Below are positions 1-10,900 of a stretch of DNA of 64,000 nucleotides, one piece after another. The notes below the pieces were generated by a model, which was given only the letters and a program-made list of their open reading frames with translations, made no database searches and was not told the origin of the DNA. This DNA is from an uncultured Lachnospiraceae bacterium (GTDB lineage Bacteria; Bacillota; Clostridia; Lachnospirales; Lachnospiraceae). Position 1 is the first letter of the stretch. Each line of letters begins with the position of its first letter. Where the stretch lies: NCBI GenBank assembly GCA_910588215.1, contig CAJUQJ010000012.1, forward strand, positions 14 to 64,013, written 5' to 3'. Made by a program: the position numbers and the translations under genes.

Positions 1-636
1 ACTGGGTTTGTCTAACTTTAGTCTTATTATAACGTGGTCATCTCCCTCTCTGCACCCTGTCCAAAAAAGGATTTCAAATATCACATAATACTTGCTTTCC
101 CGGTCAATGCCGCTGATGAAGCAATCGTATTCGTCTTTCGTCCAAAAGTTCAGCTTGTCAGCGTCAGACTTTCCCATTTTCTTAACCTTTTTACATGGGT
201 TATTGTTGAGATTGTAAATGTTACTTGCATGAGTAAACAATGCTGTAATCTGATTTTGCACCATGCGTAAATAAGTCTGCGAATACCCTTTTGCTCTGAT
301 AGCGTTTTGCCACTGGATAATGTCAGAGGGGCTTATTTCGTTCATTTGCTTATTCTCAAAATACGGTAATACATGGGCTTCTATCATGTACCGCTTGTTT
401 TTTATCGTGCGTTCCTTTAGTTCTCCTGCCTTATCCCGGAAATACACATCAACAAATGCGCCTAACATCATATCCATATTGGCAGATGTACTTTTCAGAA
501 ATTCTCTTTCCCACTCCAACGCTTCTTTTTTCGTGGCAAAACCACGCTTCTTTTTGTGCTTCTTCTCCCCTTTCCAGTTTTCGTAATAGCATTGAGCAGT
601 CCATTTCCCGGTCTTTTCATCTCTTGAAGCAGACAT
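1..636 (-). CDS. Tyrosine recombinase/integrase (ICE/IME type), N-terminal part; runs off the window edge and is probably interrupted
   Basis: Not in the ORF track; translated by hand from ATG 636: MSASRDEKTGKWTAQCYYENWKGEKKHKKKRGFATKKEA (arm-binding domain)...NNPCKKVKKMGK...FWTKDEY...FEILFWTGCREG. The expected ELLAL is replaced by DDHVIIRLKLDKPS. Confidence 0.9.
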   Translation of the reverse strand, partial: MSASRDEKTGKWTAQCYYENWKGEKKHKKKRGFATKKEALEWEREFLKSTSANMDMMLGAFVDVYFRDKAGELKERTIKNKRYMIEAHVLPYFENKQMNEISPSDIIQWQNAIRAKGYSQTYLRMVQNQITALFTHASNIYNLNNNPCKKVKKMGKSDADKLNFWTKDEYDCFISGIDRESKYYVIFEILFWTGCREGDDHVIIRLKLDKPS

Positions 637-650
637 TCCTTATCCCCCTT

Positions 651-851
651 TCATGCGGTTTGGTTCGGCTGATTGTAACCATAAAACTTTGTTTCCCAAA
701 ATGCCTTTGGCACTTTCCCGGCAACAACAAGATAGCCTTTGCTCTGTAATTCTTCATTTAATTCTCTTATCAGTTTGTAAGCGTGTCCTTTGGAAACACC
801 TAATGTTTCCGCAACTTCTCCGGCAGTCAATAAGTAGTTCTTTCCGTTCAT
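651..851 (-). CDS. Excisionase-like HTH DNA-binding protein
   Basis: LLTAGEVAETLGVSKGHAYKLIRELNEEL...GKVPKAFW; AAGGAG RBS before ATG 851; directly upstream of the integrase. Confidence 0.8.
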   Translation of the reverse strand: MNGKNYLLTAGEVAETLGVSKGHAYKLIRELNEELQSKGYLVVAGKVPKAFWETKFYGYNQPNQTA

Positions 852-1022
852 GCAATCTCTCCTTATCATTTATTCCACTATTTATTAGTGTTAATGATAT
901 TCTAGCACCCACTATCATTTATGTCAATAATTTTTATCTGTATTTTTCATATTTATTATTGTTGTCAATATTTATTGAAAGTGCTATACTATAAGAAAGC
1001 AAAAAAGAAAAGAGGTAACGGC

Positions 1023-1646
1023 ATGGATAATACAATTCAGATAGCAGAACGGATAAAACAACTCCGTAAAAATCTAGGTTTGAACCAAAGTGAATTTTGT
1101 AAAAAGCTAGGCATAAAGCAATCCACCCTATCCAGTTATGAAAACGGAACGGTATCTCCGTCCAACGAGGTACTTTATGCCATAGCAAAACAATACCACG
1201 TTTCTTTGGATTGGCTTTTTGGCATTTCAGACAATGAATTTTCTTTATCGTCTATGGGCGATATTATCAGTTTTCTTTTAGAATTGAACGAATTAAAAGA
1301 ATTGCGCTATGAACTGGAAATCAACGATAAATTTTTCAATGACATAGAAACCGAAGATAACCGTTGGTATGCAAACATTAAATTCTATGGGAACGAAAAA
1401 GGACATTTATATAATGCAGATATGTGTCAATTCCTTGCTTCATTGAATGAGAGCCGGGAAAGTTTTGAATCCTACTTTACGCCAAAGGATATGTTTGATA
1501 TATGGAAAAAACAGAAAATTGCTGATTACTCCACCTTGCCAGTGACAAAGAAAGTGTATGAAGATATAGACAATGCTACAAGAATGAAACTCCGTAATGA
1601 ACATTTGGAGCGGCAATTTAAGAAAAATCAGAGTGACAGCGAATAA
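1023..1646 (+). CDS. XRE-family HTH transcriptional regulator of the integrative element
   Basis: ERIKQLRKNLGLNQSEFCKKLGIKQSTLSSYENGTVSPS...VSLDWL; divergent from xis/int; GAGG RBS before ATG 1023. Confidence 0.85.
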   Translation: MDNTIQIAERIKQLRKNLGLNQSEFCKKLGIKQSTLSSYENGTVSPSNEVLYAIAKQYHVSLDWLFGISDNEFSLSSMGDIISFLLELNELKELRYELEINDKFFNDIETEDNRWYANIKFYGNEKGHLYNADMCQFLASLNESRESFESYFTPKDMFDIWKKQKIADYSTLPVTKKVYEDIDNATRMKLRNEHLERQFKKNQSDSE

Positions 1647-1669
1647 AAATAGAGCCATTTTAGAGCCAC
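1646..1669. repeat. 24-bp direct repeat copy 1 (AAAATAGAGCCATTTTAGAGCCAC), probable integrase arm-type site
   Basis: Matches 3001-3024 with one mismatch; contains tandem AGAGCCA. Confidence 0.75.
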
Positions 1670-1864
1670 AAGCCATTTTCAATGAAATTCCGGCAAGTGG
1701 CTTTTCCTTTTGTTCGCTATTATTTTTAGGCATTAAGAAACCGCAACCCCTTGATTTCTCAAAGGATTGCGGTGCTTAATATACAAACGATATACAAATA
1801 ACCAACACTATTCTTTATATAAATATGATAAATTTCTGTATTTAAAATCTAACAATTTATGTAA

Positions 1865-2455
1865 TCAGAAAAAGAATGAAACAATTGCCACTATTATACT
1901 GATCACAGTAATTATACATGAGATAATCGTAATTCTATTGCTTCTTTTTGAATGTGTACTTGCAAAAAGAATTGCTTCCTGCGAATCATCAAGAAATTTG
2001 TCCATTTCTGAATATTCATTATATGCTGATTCAAACAATTTATATCTCTCGTCTTCATCTATCTCATTTTTTACTTCTGTTTCTTTTGCTAGTTTGAAAG
2101 CATTTTTAGCTTTCAATTCTAATCTATTCAGCTCTGGTAAAAACTTTCCGTTATCTGCTAATCCTAAATCAATATCCTTATATTCATTCCTAAAATCACA
2201 AACTTTTTCTTCCATAGAAATGCACAAGTATTTATAACAATCTAATATCGCTCTTTTTGAATGACTCTCCGCCGCCGATATATCCTTGTCACTCTTTTGC
2301 AATTTATAACGTGATAAATGAGTAAATACTGAACGTATTTCATTAAATATTTCTATTGGATATTCATTATCTCTTACTTCCAATTCTGCAATAAAGGGAG
2401 CTATAATATTTTGGTATTGCCAATATATTTTTTCTTCAATATTATTCGTTTCCAT
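1865..2455 (-). CDS. Hypothetical protein with NExRxxxxH (HEPN-like) motif and C-terminal transmembrane helix
   Basis: IFNEIRSVFTHLSRY; AESHSKRAILDCYK; C-terminus ITIISCIITVISIIVAIVSFFF; AT-rich. Confidence 0.7.
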   Translation of the reverse strand: METNNIEEKIYWQYQNIIAPFIAELEVRDNEYPIEIFNEIRSVFTHLSRYKLQKSDKDISAAESHSKRAILDCYKYLCISMEEKVCDFRNEYKDIDLGLADNGKFLPELNRLELKAKNAFKLAKETEVKNEIDEDERYKLFESAYNEYSEMDKFLDDSQEAILFASTHSKRSNRITIISCIITVISIIVAIVSFFF

Positions 2456-2494
2456 ATATCTTTTCTCCACCGTAAAATAATATTATGCCATCTA

Positions 2495-2539
2495 CTAAAA
2501 CAAATACTCGTGACAAATCCTTAATCACGAGTATTTGTT
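2495..2539 (-). terminator. Intrinsic terminator-like hairpin between the two cassette genes
   Basis: Perfect 15-bp inverted repeat AACAAATACTCGTGA/TCACGAGTATTTGTT; the minus-strand 3' arm runs into TTTT. Confidence 0.65.
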
Positions 2540-2540
2540 A

Positions 2541-2789
2541 TTACACTCCAAAAAATTTCTTGCTCTTTTTCTCTAAATCCTCAGCCGTCCGTATTTTTCT
2601 CCTTGCTAGCAAAGGATTACCTCGACCAATAATTCCATACCTATGTCTTTTGGAGAATGACAATTTAGAATTATTTCTTTTTTCTATCCAAGAGCGTTCC
2701 TCTTTTACATCCATATTAACTAATTTCTCTATAGGAATACCGATGACCCGCTCTATATTCATTTTTGTTTTTTTTGATATAGTATACAT
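2541..2789 (-). CDS. Small basic hypothetical protein (82 aa)
   Basis: ORF with purine-rich RBS and upstream sigma-A-like promoter; same strand as 1865-2455. Confidence 0.7.
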   Translation of the reverse strand: MYTISKKTKMNIERVIGIPIEKLVNMDVKEERSWIEKRNNSKLSFSKRHRYGIIGRGNPLLARRKIRTAEDLEKKSKKFFGV

Positions 2790-2861
2790 TTTTCTACCCC
2801 GAGTAAAATACTCATATATGCGGTCTACAAGATACCTTTCTAGCTTAAATCTTTTAATAAA

Positions 2862-2890
2862 AGTTTACAATATTATGACATATCTGTCAA
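2862..2890 (-). promoter_or_regulatory. Sigma-A-like promoter with a palindrome over the -35
   Basis: TTGACA-N17-TAAACT on the minus strand; TGACA-N4-TGTCA palindrome at 2876-2889. Confidence 0.55.
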
Positions 2891-3000
2891 TCTACTTTTT
2901 TACAAAAAACCTCAAAATACTCCCTATTATAGTATACTCTTTAAAAGAATATATGCTACCTATTTTTGGCATATGTATTTGCAAATGCAAGATTTTTTAT

Positions 3001-3024
3001 AAAATAGAGCCATTTCAGAGCCAC
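3001..3024. repeat. 24-bp direct repeat copy 2 (AAAATAGAGCCATTTCAGAGCCAC)
   Basis: Matches 1646-1669; lies about 85 bp past the tuf stop. Confidence 0.75.
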
Positions 3025-3107
3025 GAGCTCCAATAAAAATAATTTGATAGGAAGAAGGGACTTCCTAAACAACTTAGAAAGCCCCATAAAATCTAGCTTT
3101 TTACCAA

Positions 3108-4295
3108 TTACTCAATAATCGTAGCCACACGACCAGACCCAACAGTCCTACCACCCTCACGGATAGCGAACGTAAGACCCTGCTCCATAGCGATCGGATG
3201 AATCAGCTCGATGCTCATCTCTACGTTATCACCAGGCATGCACATCTCTGTACCTTCAGGAAGGTTACATACACCTGTGATATCAGTTGTTCTAAAATAG
3301 AACTGCGGTCTGTAGTTATTGAAGAAAGGAGTATGACGACCACCCTCGTCTTTCGTCAATACGTAAACCTGAGCCGTAAATTTTCTGTGGCAGGTTACAG
3401 AACCGGGTTTAGCAAGAACCTGTCCTCTTTCGATATCTGTTCTCTGGATACCACGAAGCAGAACACCGATGTTATCACCAGCCTGAGCCTCATCCAGCAG
3501 CTTACGGAACATCTCGATACCTGTTACAACGGACTTCTGAGTCTCTTCCTTAACACCGATGATCTCAACATCATCAGACATGTGCAGTGTACCACGCTCT
3601 ACTCTACCTGTAGCAACGGTACCACGACCTGTGATAGAGAATACGTCCTCGACAGGCATAAGGAAAGGCTTATCTGTATCACGCTGAGGATCCGGAATAT
3701 AATCATCAACTGTGCTCATCAGCTCCATGATCTTATCGCCCCATTCGCTGCTGGGATCTTCCAGAGCTTTCAGCGCGGAACCCTTAACGATCGGGCAGTC
3801 TGTGAAGTCATACTCTTCCAACTGCTCTGTGATCTCCATCTCAACCAACTCAAGCAACTCAGGATCATCCACCATATCGCACTTGTTCATGAATACTACG
3901 ATATAAGGAACGCCTACCTGACGGGACAGCAGGATGTGCTCTTTTGTCTGAGCCATAACACCGTCTGTAGCAGCTACAACAAGGATAGCACCATCCATCT
4001 GTGCAGCACCTGTGATCATGTTCTTAACGTAGTCAGCATGTCCAGGGCAGTCAACGTGTGCATAATGTCTCTTGTCTGTCTCATACTCAACGTGTGCTGT
4101 AGAGATTGTGATACCTCTTTCTCTCTCTTCCGGAGCCTTATCGATGTTCTCAAAATCTGTAGCAGTGTTACCTGCAACTCTCTCGGAAAGCACTTTCGTG
4201 ATCGCTGCTGTCAATGTTGTCTTACCATGGTCAACGTGACCAATGGTACCGATATTACAATGTGGTTTGTTTCTTTCAAACTTAGCCTTAGCCAT
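3108..4295 (-). CDS. tuf: Elongation factor Tu
   Basis: [36 protein letters not shown]. Confidence 0.99.
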   Translation of the reverse strand: MAKAKFERNKPHCNIGTIGHVDHGKTTLTAAITKVLSERVAGNTATDFENIDKAPEERERGITISTAHVEYETDKRHYAHVDCPGHADYVKNMITGAAQMDGAILVVAATDGVMAQTKEHILLSRQVGVPYIVVFMNKCDMVDDPELLELVEMEITEQLEEYDFTDCPIVKGSALKALEDPSSEWGDKIMELMSTVDDYIPDPQRDTDKPFLMPVEDVFSITGRGTVATGRVERGTLHMSDDVEIIGVKEETQKSVVTGIEMFRKLLDEAQAGDNIGVLLRGIQRTDIERGQVLAKPGSVTCHRKFTAQVYVLTKDEGGRHTPFFNNYRPQFYFRTTDITGVCNLPEGTEMCMPGDNVEMSIELIHPIAMEQGLTFAIREGGRTVGSGRVATIIE

Positions 4296-4356
4296 TTTTA
4301 AAGTCCTCCTTAAAAACTAAATAAATTGAGATTTTCTGTTTAATCAGCTATCTTTG

Positions 4357-4385
4357 ATTATATTAAAGATTGCCAAGATTTTCAA
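4357..4385 (-). promoter_or_regulatory. Internal sigma-A promoter for tuf
   Basis: TTGAAA-N17-TATAAT. Confidence 0.65.
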
Positions 4386-4433
4386 GCATTATTTGCATTA
4401 ACCATTCAGAACAGCAAAATATTTTTGAATCTT

Positions 4434-6551
4434 CTATTTTGCCTTAGCTGCTAATACTTTTTCTTGTACGCTCTTCGGCACCTGCTCGTACTTCTCGAAA
4501 AACATCGAGTAGTTACCACGTCCCTGTGTCTTGGAACGCAGGTCTGTAGAATAGCCGAACATCTCAGCAAGCGGTACATAACCCTTCACCATCTTGCCAC
4601 CGCCGATGTCTTCCATACCTTCGATCCGGCCACGACGGGAGTTGATATCACCGATAACATCGCCCATATACTCTTCCGGCATGGTTACTTCGACCTTCAT
4701 GATCGGCTCAAGCAGGACTGGTCCTGCCTTCTTCATTGCTTCCTTGAAGCACATGGAACCTGCGATGTGGAATGCCATCTCAGAGGAGTCAACTTCATGG
4801 TAGGAACCATCGTATACGTTGGCGTGAACGCCAAGTACCGGGAATCCACCCAGAACACCGGCTCTGGATGCCTCTTCGATACCTTCGCCAACAGCGGGGA
4901 TATATTCCTTCGGAATCGCACCACCTACTACGCTGGTTTCAAACTTAAAGGTCTCTTCACCGTTCGGATCCATGGGCTCAAATTTAACTTTACAGTGCCC
5001 GTACTGTCCACGACCACCTGACTGTTTCGCATATTTATATTCCTGATCAACAGGCTTCGTAAAGCTCTCTTTGTATGCAACCTGCGGTGCACCCACATTA
5101 GCCTCTACCTTGTACTCACGGAGCAGACGATCAACGATGATCTCCAGATGAAGCTCACCCATACCTGCGATAATAGTCTGGCCTGTCTCATGGTCGGTGT
5201 GCGCGCGGAACGTAGGATCTTCCTCGGCAAGTTTTGCCAATGCTTCACCCATCTTACCCTGACCGGCTTTGGTCTTCGGCTCGATCGCCAGTTCGATAAC
5301 CGGCTCCGGGAATTCCATGGACTCCAGGATAACAGGATGACGCTCGTCACAAATAGTATCACCGGTTGTGGTAATCTTAAACCCTACTGCCGCAGCAATA
5401 TCACCGGAATATACTTTATCAAGTTCTGCTCTCTTATTGGCATGCATCTGCAGGATACGGCCCACACGTTCTTTCTTGTTCTTCGTCGCATTCAGCACGT
5501 AGGAACCGGAGTTCATCGTACCGGAATACACACGGAAGAATGCCAGCTTACCAACAAACGGATCGGCCATGATCTTAAACGCCAGTGCGGAAAAAGGCTC
5601 GTCATCGGAAGAATGTCTCTCCACTTCATTGCCGTCGCTATCCACACCTTTGATCGCAGCAATATCTGTAGGCGCCGGCATAAACTCAAGGACAGCGTCC
5701 AGAAGCTTCTGTACACCTTTGTTCCTATATGCAGAACCACAACATACCGGTACAGCCGTACACTCACAAGTGCCACGACGTAACGCTGCCTTTAACTGTT
5801 CTACAGAAGGCTCTTCTCCTTCCAGATACATCATGGTAAGCTCATCATCTAACTCACAGATTTTCTCTACCAGTTCGTCATGATAGAGAGCGGCATCGTC
5901 TGCCATATCTTCCGGAATATCTGTGATCGTGATATCTTCGCCTTTATCATCATTATAGATATAGGCTTTCATTTCAAAAAGATCAATGATTCCCTTAAAT
6001 TCATCCTCTTTACCGATCGGTAACTGAAGGATGATCGCATTTTTACCCAATCTTGTTCTGATCTGGTCTACGGCACCAAAGAAATTGGCACCCAAAATGT
6101 CCATCTTATTGATGAACGCCATTCTCGGAACATTATAGGTATCAGCCTGTCTCCACACGTTTTCTGACTGCGGCTCAACACCACCCTTCGCACAGAATAC
6201 GCCCACAGCGCCATCCAGTACACGGAGGGAACGCTCAACTTCTACAGTAAAGTCAACGTGACCGGGAGTGTCGATAATATTGATACGGTGCTCTAACGCG
6301 CCCGGCTTCGGTTTGCAGTTTTCTTCCAAAGTCCAGTGGCATGTCGTAGCGGCCGATGTGATCGTGATACCTCTTTCCTGCTCCTGCTCCATCCAGTCCA
6401 TGGTAGCAGTGCCTTCATGAGTGTCACCGATCTTATAGTTTACACCAGTGTAATACAGGATACGCTCAGTCAATGTGGTCTTACCGGCATCGATATGGGC
6501 CATAATACCTATATTTCTGGTTCTCTCTAACGGATATTCTCTTCCAGCCAA
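4434..6551 (-). CDS. fusA: Elongation factor G
   Basis: [26 protein letters not shown] start at 6551 after AAGGAGG. Confidence 0.99.
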   Translation of the reverse strand: MAGREYPLERTRNIGIMAHIDAGKTTLTERILYYTGVNYKIGDTHEGTATMDWMEQEQERGITITSAATTCHWTLEENCKPKPGALEHRINIIDTPGHVDFTVEVERSLRVLDGAVGVFCAKGGVEPQSENVWRQADTYNVPRMAFINKMDILGANFFGAVDQIRTRLGKNAIILQLPIGKEDEFKGIIDLFEMKAYIYNDDKGEDITITDIPEDMADDAALYHDELVEKICELDDELTMMYLEGEEPSVEQLKAALRRGTCECTAVPVCCGSAYRNKGVQKLLDAVLEFMPAPTDIAAIKGVDSDGNEVERHSSDDEPFSALAFKIMADPFVGKLAFFRVYSGTMNSGSYVLNATKNKKERVGRILQMHANKRAELDKVYSGDIAAAVGFKITTTGDTICDERHPVILESMEFPEPVIELAIEPKTKAGQGKMGEALAKLAEEDPTFRAHTDHETGQTIIAGMGELHLEIIVDRLLREYKVEANVGAPQVAYKESFTKPVDQEYKYAKQSGGRGQYGHCKVKFEPMDPNGEETFKFETSVVGGAIPKEYIPAVGEGIEEASRAGVLGGFPVLGVHANVYDGSYHEVDSSEMAFHIAGSMCFKEAMKKAGPVLLEPIMKVEVTMPEEYMGDVIGDINSRRGRIEGMEDIGGGKMVKGYVPLAEMFGYSTDLRSKTQGRGNYSMFFEKYEQVPKSVQEKVLAAKAK

Positions 6552-6640
6552 GATTTTTTCCTCCTTATAATAATCAAGAACAACGAGAAGCTGATATTCT
6601 TTGGCGACATATATGACGCCTGAGAATATCATCTCGTTTT

Positions 6641-7111
6641 TTAGAAGCGATAGTGTGCAAATGCCTTATTAGCCTCTGCCATCTTATGCATATCTTCTTT
6701 TCTCTTAACGGCTGCGCCGGTATTGTTAGACGCATCCAAGATTTCATTGGCAAGTCTCTCTTCCATAGTCTTCTCGCCTCTCTTACGAGAAAACATTACC
6801 AACCAACGAAGTCCGAGTGCCTGGCGTCTGTCCGGACGTACTTCGATCGGTACCTGATAGGTCGCACCGCCGATACGTCTTGCCTTAACCTCCAGGACAG
6901 GCATGATATTGTTCATAGCCTCCTCGAAAACGTCAAGTGCCGGCTTACCTGCCTTATTCTCTACGCGGGCAAATGCTCCGTATACAATCTTCTGGGCTAC
7001 ACCCTTCTTGCCGTCCAACATGATATTGTTGATCAGCTTGGTAACCACCTTGTTATTGTATAAAGGATCTGCCAATACATCTCTCTTTGCAATATGTCCT
7101 TTACGTGGCAC
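6641..7111 (-). CDS. rpsG: 30S ribosomal protein S7
   Basis: MPRKG...GGATYQVP...[15 protein letters not shown]. Confidence 0.99.
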   Translation of the reverse strand: MPRKGHIAKRDVLADPLYNNKVVTKLINNIMLDGKKGVAQKIVYGAFARVENKAGKPALDVFEEAMNNIMPVLEVKARRIGGATYQVPIEVRPDRRQALGLRWLVMFSRKRGEKTMEERLANEILDASNNTGAAVKRKEDMHKMAEANKAFAHYRF

Positions 7112-7341
7112 GTTTCTTCCCTCCTTATTATCATTAATAATTCATCGGTACTCACATGTGTCCTCTAATTCAATGTGTTCGTGCGGTTTTCTACAGCCGG
7201 CGGCATCCGCCGCCTATTATCTATCACTAAGAATCCCAACACTAAATTAGTTCTGTTTGTGGTCCTGAAATTCACAACCCAAAGCCTGTCTGACCTGCAA
7301 GTCGGCCCTGCAAACCTAACAGATTAAATTGCAGTGCGATC

Positions 7342-7761
7342 TTACTTGCCTGCTTTAGGTCTCTTGGCGCCGTACTTGGAACGAGCCTGCCGTCTGTTAG
7401 CAACACCAGCTGTATCAAGAGTACCTCTGATAATATGGTATCTTGTACCAGGTAAGTCTTTTACTCTTCCGCCGCGGATCAGAACAACACTGTGCTCCTG
7501 CAGATTATGACCTTCGCCCGGAATGTAGCTTGTCACTTCGATTCCGTTAGAAAGACGTACTCTGGCAATCTTTCTCAGCGCTGAGTTAGGCTTCTTAGGA
7601 GTTGCTGTCTTAACAGCTGTGCAGACACCTCTCTTCTGCGGAGAAGAAGTATCGATCGCCGTCTTGTGAAGGGAGTTGTAACCTTTCAACAAAGCCGGTG
7701 CTGTTGACTTCTTTACAGATGTCTGACGTCCTTTTCTAACTAACTGGTTAAATGTTGGCAT
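7342..7761 (-). CDS. rpsL: 30S ribosomal protein S12
   Basis: [10 protein letters not shown]...[10 protein letters not shown]...GGRVKDLPG. Confidence 0.99.
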   Translation of the reverse strand: MPTFNQLVRKGRQTSVKKSTAPALLKGYNSLHKTAIDTSSPQKRGVCTAVKTATPKKPNSALRKIARVRLSNGIEVTSYIPGEGHNLQEHSVVLIRGGRVKDLPGTRYHIIRGTLDTAGVANRRQARSKYGAKRPKAGK

Positions 7762-7849
7762 TCTTTTCACCTCCTGTTGTAATAAATGAACCTACTGCGT
7801 GCATCAGCACCAAATATCATAAGTCTCATATTCTCATGATACAAAAAAA

Positions 7850-7900
7850 ATGCATTCACACGCACTAAATTAGTATACTTGCATGTGAATGCATTGTCAA
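7850..7900 (-). promoter_or_regulatory. Sigma-A promoter of the str operon overlapping the probable rpoC terminator hairpin
   Basis: TTGACA-N17-TATACT; inverted repeat AATGCATTCACA/TGTGAATGCATT followed by a T run on the minus strand. Confidence 0.65.
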
Positions 7901-7957
7901 CCTATTTTCTGTAAAAACGCTTTAAAATCCCTTAAAACCTGGCCTTGACCGAACTCT

Positions 7958-10900
7958 TTACTCCACGATTTCCATCTCCGCTTCAGATTCCTCTAGATCA
8001 TCAGCCTCATCGAACTCTTCCGCTTCGTCCAGTTCCGTTTCCCCCAGATCTTCTTCAAGATCCAACTCCTCATCCAAATCCAGTTCATCCGTCTCAGCGT
8101 CGAGCAGTTCTTCTTCATCTTCCGTCTCATCCGCACGAACCGGGAAATCAAATCTCGGCCTTCTGACAAATCCGTCATCGAACCGCAACTCTTTCTCCGC
8201 CGCCAGACGGCTTAAAAGATTTTCATCGGTGCTCAGTCTCGTGTCGCGGTAGCGCTTCATGCCTGTACCGGCCGGAATCAACTTACCGATGATGACATTC
8301 TCTTTCAGACCGATCAGGGAATCAACCTTACCTTTGATTGCCGCCTCTGTCAGCACCTTTGTGGTCTCCTGGAAGGATGCCGCAGACAGGAAGGAATCTG
8401 TTGCCAGCGCCGCCTTGGTGATACCGAGCAGTATCTGCTTGCCTTCCGCCAGTTCCTTACCTTCTTTGAAAAGTTCTTCGTTCATGTCCTCATAATCCAA
8501 CACATCTACCAACGTGCCGGGCAGGAAATCCGTATCGCCGCTGTTCTCGATGCGGACTTTCTTCAGCATCTGCCGCACGATCACTTCGATATGCTTATCG
8601 GCAATATCAACACCCTGCAGACGGTATACTCTCTGTACCTCACGCAGCATATAATCCTGTACCGCCCGTATGCCCTTGATCTTCAGCAAGTCATGCGGGT
8701 TAACGCTACCCTCTGTCAACTCGTCGCCAGCCTCCAGCACTGCTCCGTCCATGATCTTGATCCTGGAACCGTAGGAGATCAGATAGGTCTTGGATTCGCC
8801 AGTCTCATTGTTCGTGATCACGATCTCACGTTTCTTCTTCGTATCTTTAATGGTCGCCACACCACCGAACTCTGCGATGATCGCAAGACCTTTCGGCTTA
8901 CGTGCCTCGAAAAGCTCCTCTACACGGGGAAGACCCTGCGTGATATCATCACCGGCCACACCGCCCGTATGGAAGGTACGCATAGTCAGCTGTGTACCAG
9001 GCTCACCGATGGACTGCGCCGCAATGATACCGACAGCCTCACCCACCTGCACCGCTTCGCCTGTTGCCATATTGGCACCATAGCACTTCGCACAGATCCC
9101 AACGTGTGAACGACATGTCAAGATCGTACGGATCTTCACTTCTTCGATCGGCTCACCCTTCTCGTTTACCCCGGCGCTCAGGATCCTTGCCGCCCGGGCG
9201 GGTGTGATCATGTGATTCCTCTTCACGATCATCTTACCGTCTCTGTCCTTGATATCCTCACAAGAAAAACGTCCTGTAATTCTATCTCCCAAACCTTCGA
9301 TGGTCTCCTTACCATCCATGAACGCCTTCACCACGATACCCGGAATCTCATCCTTGCCTTCGCTACAGTCGGTTTCGCGTATGATCAGTTCCTGCGATAC
9401 GTCAACCATACGTCTGGTCAGATAACCGGAATCGGCTGTACGTAACGCTGTATCAGACAGTCCTTTCCGCGCACCATGAGCAGACATGAAATATTCCAAT
9501 ACGTCCAATCCTTCACGGAAGTTCGACTTGATAGGCAACTCGATAGTACGTCCGGTGGTATCCGCCATCAATCCGCGCATACCTGCCAGCTGTTTGATCT
9601 GCTGGTTAGAACCACGAGCGCCGGAATCCGCCATCATAAAGATGTTGTTATATTTATCCAAACCCGACAGCAACACCTCTGTCAGTTCCTTATCCGTCTC
9701 GTTCCATGTCTCGACAACCGCACGGTATCGCTCTTCTTCCGTGATCAGACCACGCCTGAAATTCATGGAGATCTTGTCAACCGTAGCCTGTGCTTCCTCC
9801 AGCATCTCAGGCTTTCTCGCCGGCACGGTCATATCGGAGATAGAAACCGTCATCGCCGCTCTGGTAGAATACTTATATCCGGTGGATTTGATCAAGTCAA
9901 GTACCTCGGCCGTTCTCACTGCACCGTGAATATTGATAACTTTCTCCAGAATCTGCTTCAGCTGTTTCTTACCGACATGAAAATCCACTTCTAATTTCAG
10001 CAGGTCTTCCGGATTAGTTCTGTCCACATAACCCAGATCCTGCGGCAGGATCTCGTTGAACAGAAATCTGCCCAGCGTGGACTCCACATTACCGCTCACC
10101 GTCTCTCCGTCAGGCGTCTGTTTAGTGACTCTCACCCTGATTCTCGTATGCAGGGTACATGCTTTATTTTCATAGGCCAGAATAGCCTCGTTTACATTCT
10201 TGAAGAACTTTCCTTCACCCGTTGCCCCTGGTCTCTCCTGGGTCAGATAATAGATACCCAGCACCATATCCTGAGACGGAACCGCCACCGGGCCGCCATC
10301 AGAAGGCTTCAGCAGGTTATTCGGCGAAAGCAACAGAAATCTGCATTCTGCCTGCGCTTCCACAGACAGCGGCAGATGTACCGCCATCTGGTCACCGTCG
10401 AAGTCGGCGTTAAATGCCGTACATACGAGGGGATGCAGTTTGATTGCCTTACCTTCTACCAGGATTGGCTCAAATGCCTGAATACCGAGTCTGTGCAGTG
10501 TAGGAGCACGGTTCAGCATCACTGGATGTTCCTTGATCACTTCTTCCAGCACATCCCACACCTGAGTATCCAGCCGCTCCACCAGCTTCTTGGCGTTCTT
10601 GATATTCTGTGAAATCCCTCTGGACACCAGTTCTTTCATTACAAACGGTTTGAACAGCTCGATGGCCATCTCCTTCGGCAGACCGCACTGATAGATCTTA
10701 AGTTCCGGTCCGACCACGATAACAGAACGCCCGGAATAGTCCACACGCTTACCCAGAAGGTTCTGACGGAAACGTCCGGATTTACCTTTTAACATATCTG
10801 ACAGGGATTTGAGCGCCCTGTTACCCGGTCCCGTAACCGGACGGCCTCTTCTGCCGTTGTCGATCAGTGCATCTACAGCTTCCTGCAGCATTCTCTTCTC

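Larger units (their letters stand above)
1..3107. mobile_element. Integrative element/island at the 3' end of tuf (continues beyond the window)
   Basis: int-xis-XRE module, att-like repeats, abrupt switch to AT-rich sequence right after tuf. Confidence 0.75.

Noticed and set aside
1767..3036. Plus-strand ORFs 1767-2237 and 2485-3036
   Set aside because: Overlap the minus-strand cassette genes, which have RBS and promoter support; composition is typical of antisense reading of AT-rich genes.
3198..4301. 367-aa ORF antisense to tuf (also 18076-19281, 24308-25402, 53113-54951 and many shorter ones)
   Set aside because: Shadow ORFs on the opposite strand of clearly identified genes; no recognisable motifs; explained by codon bias.
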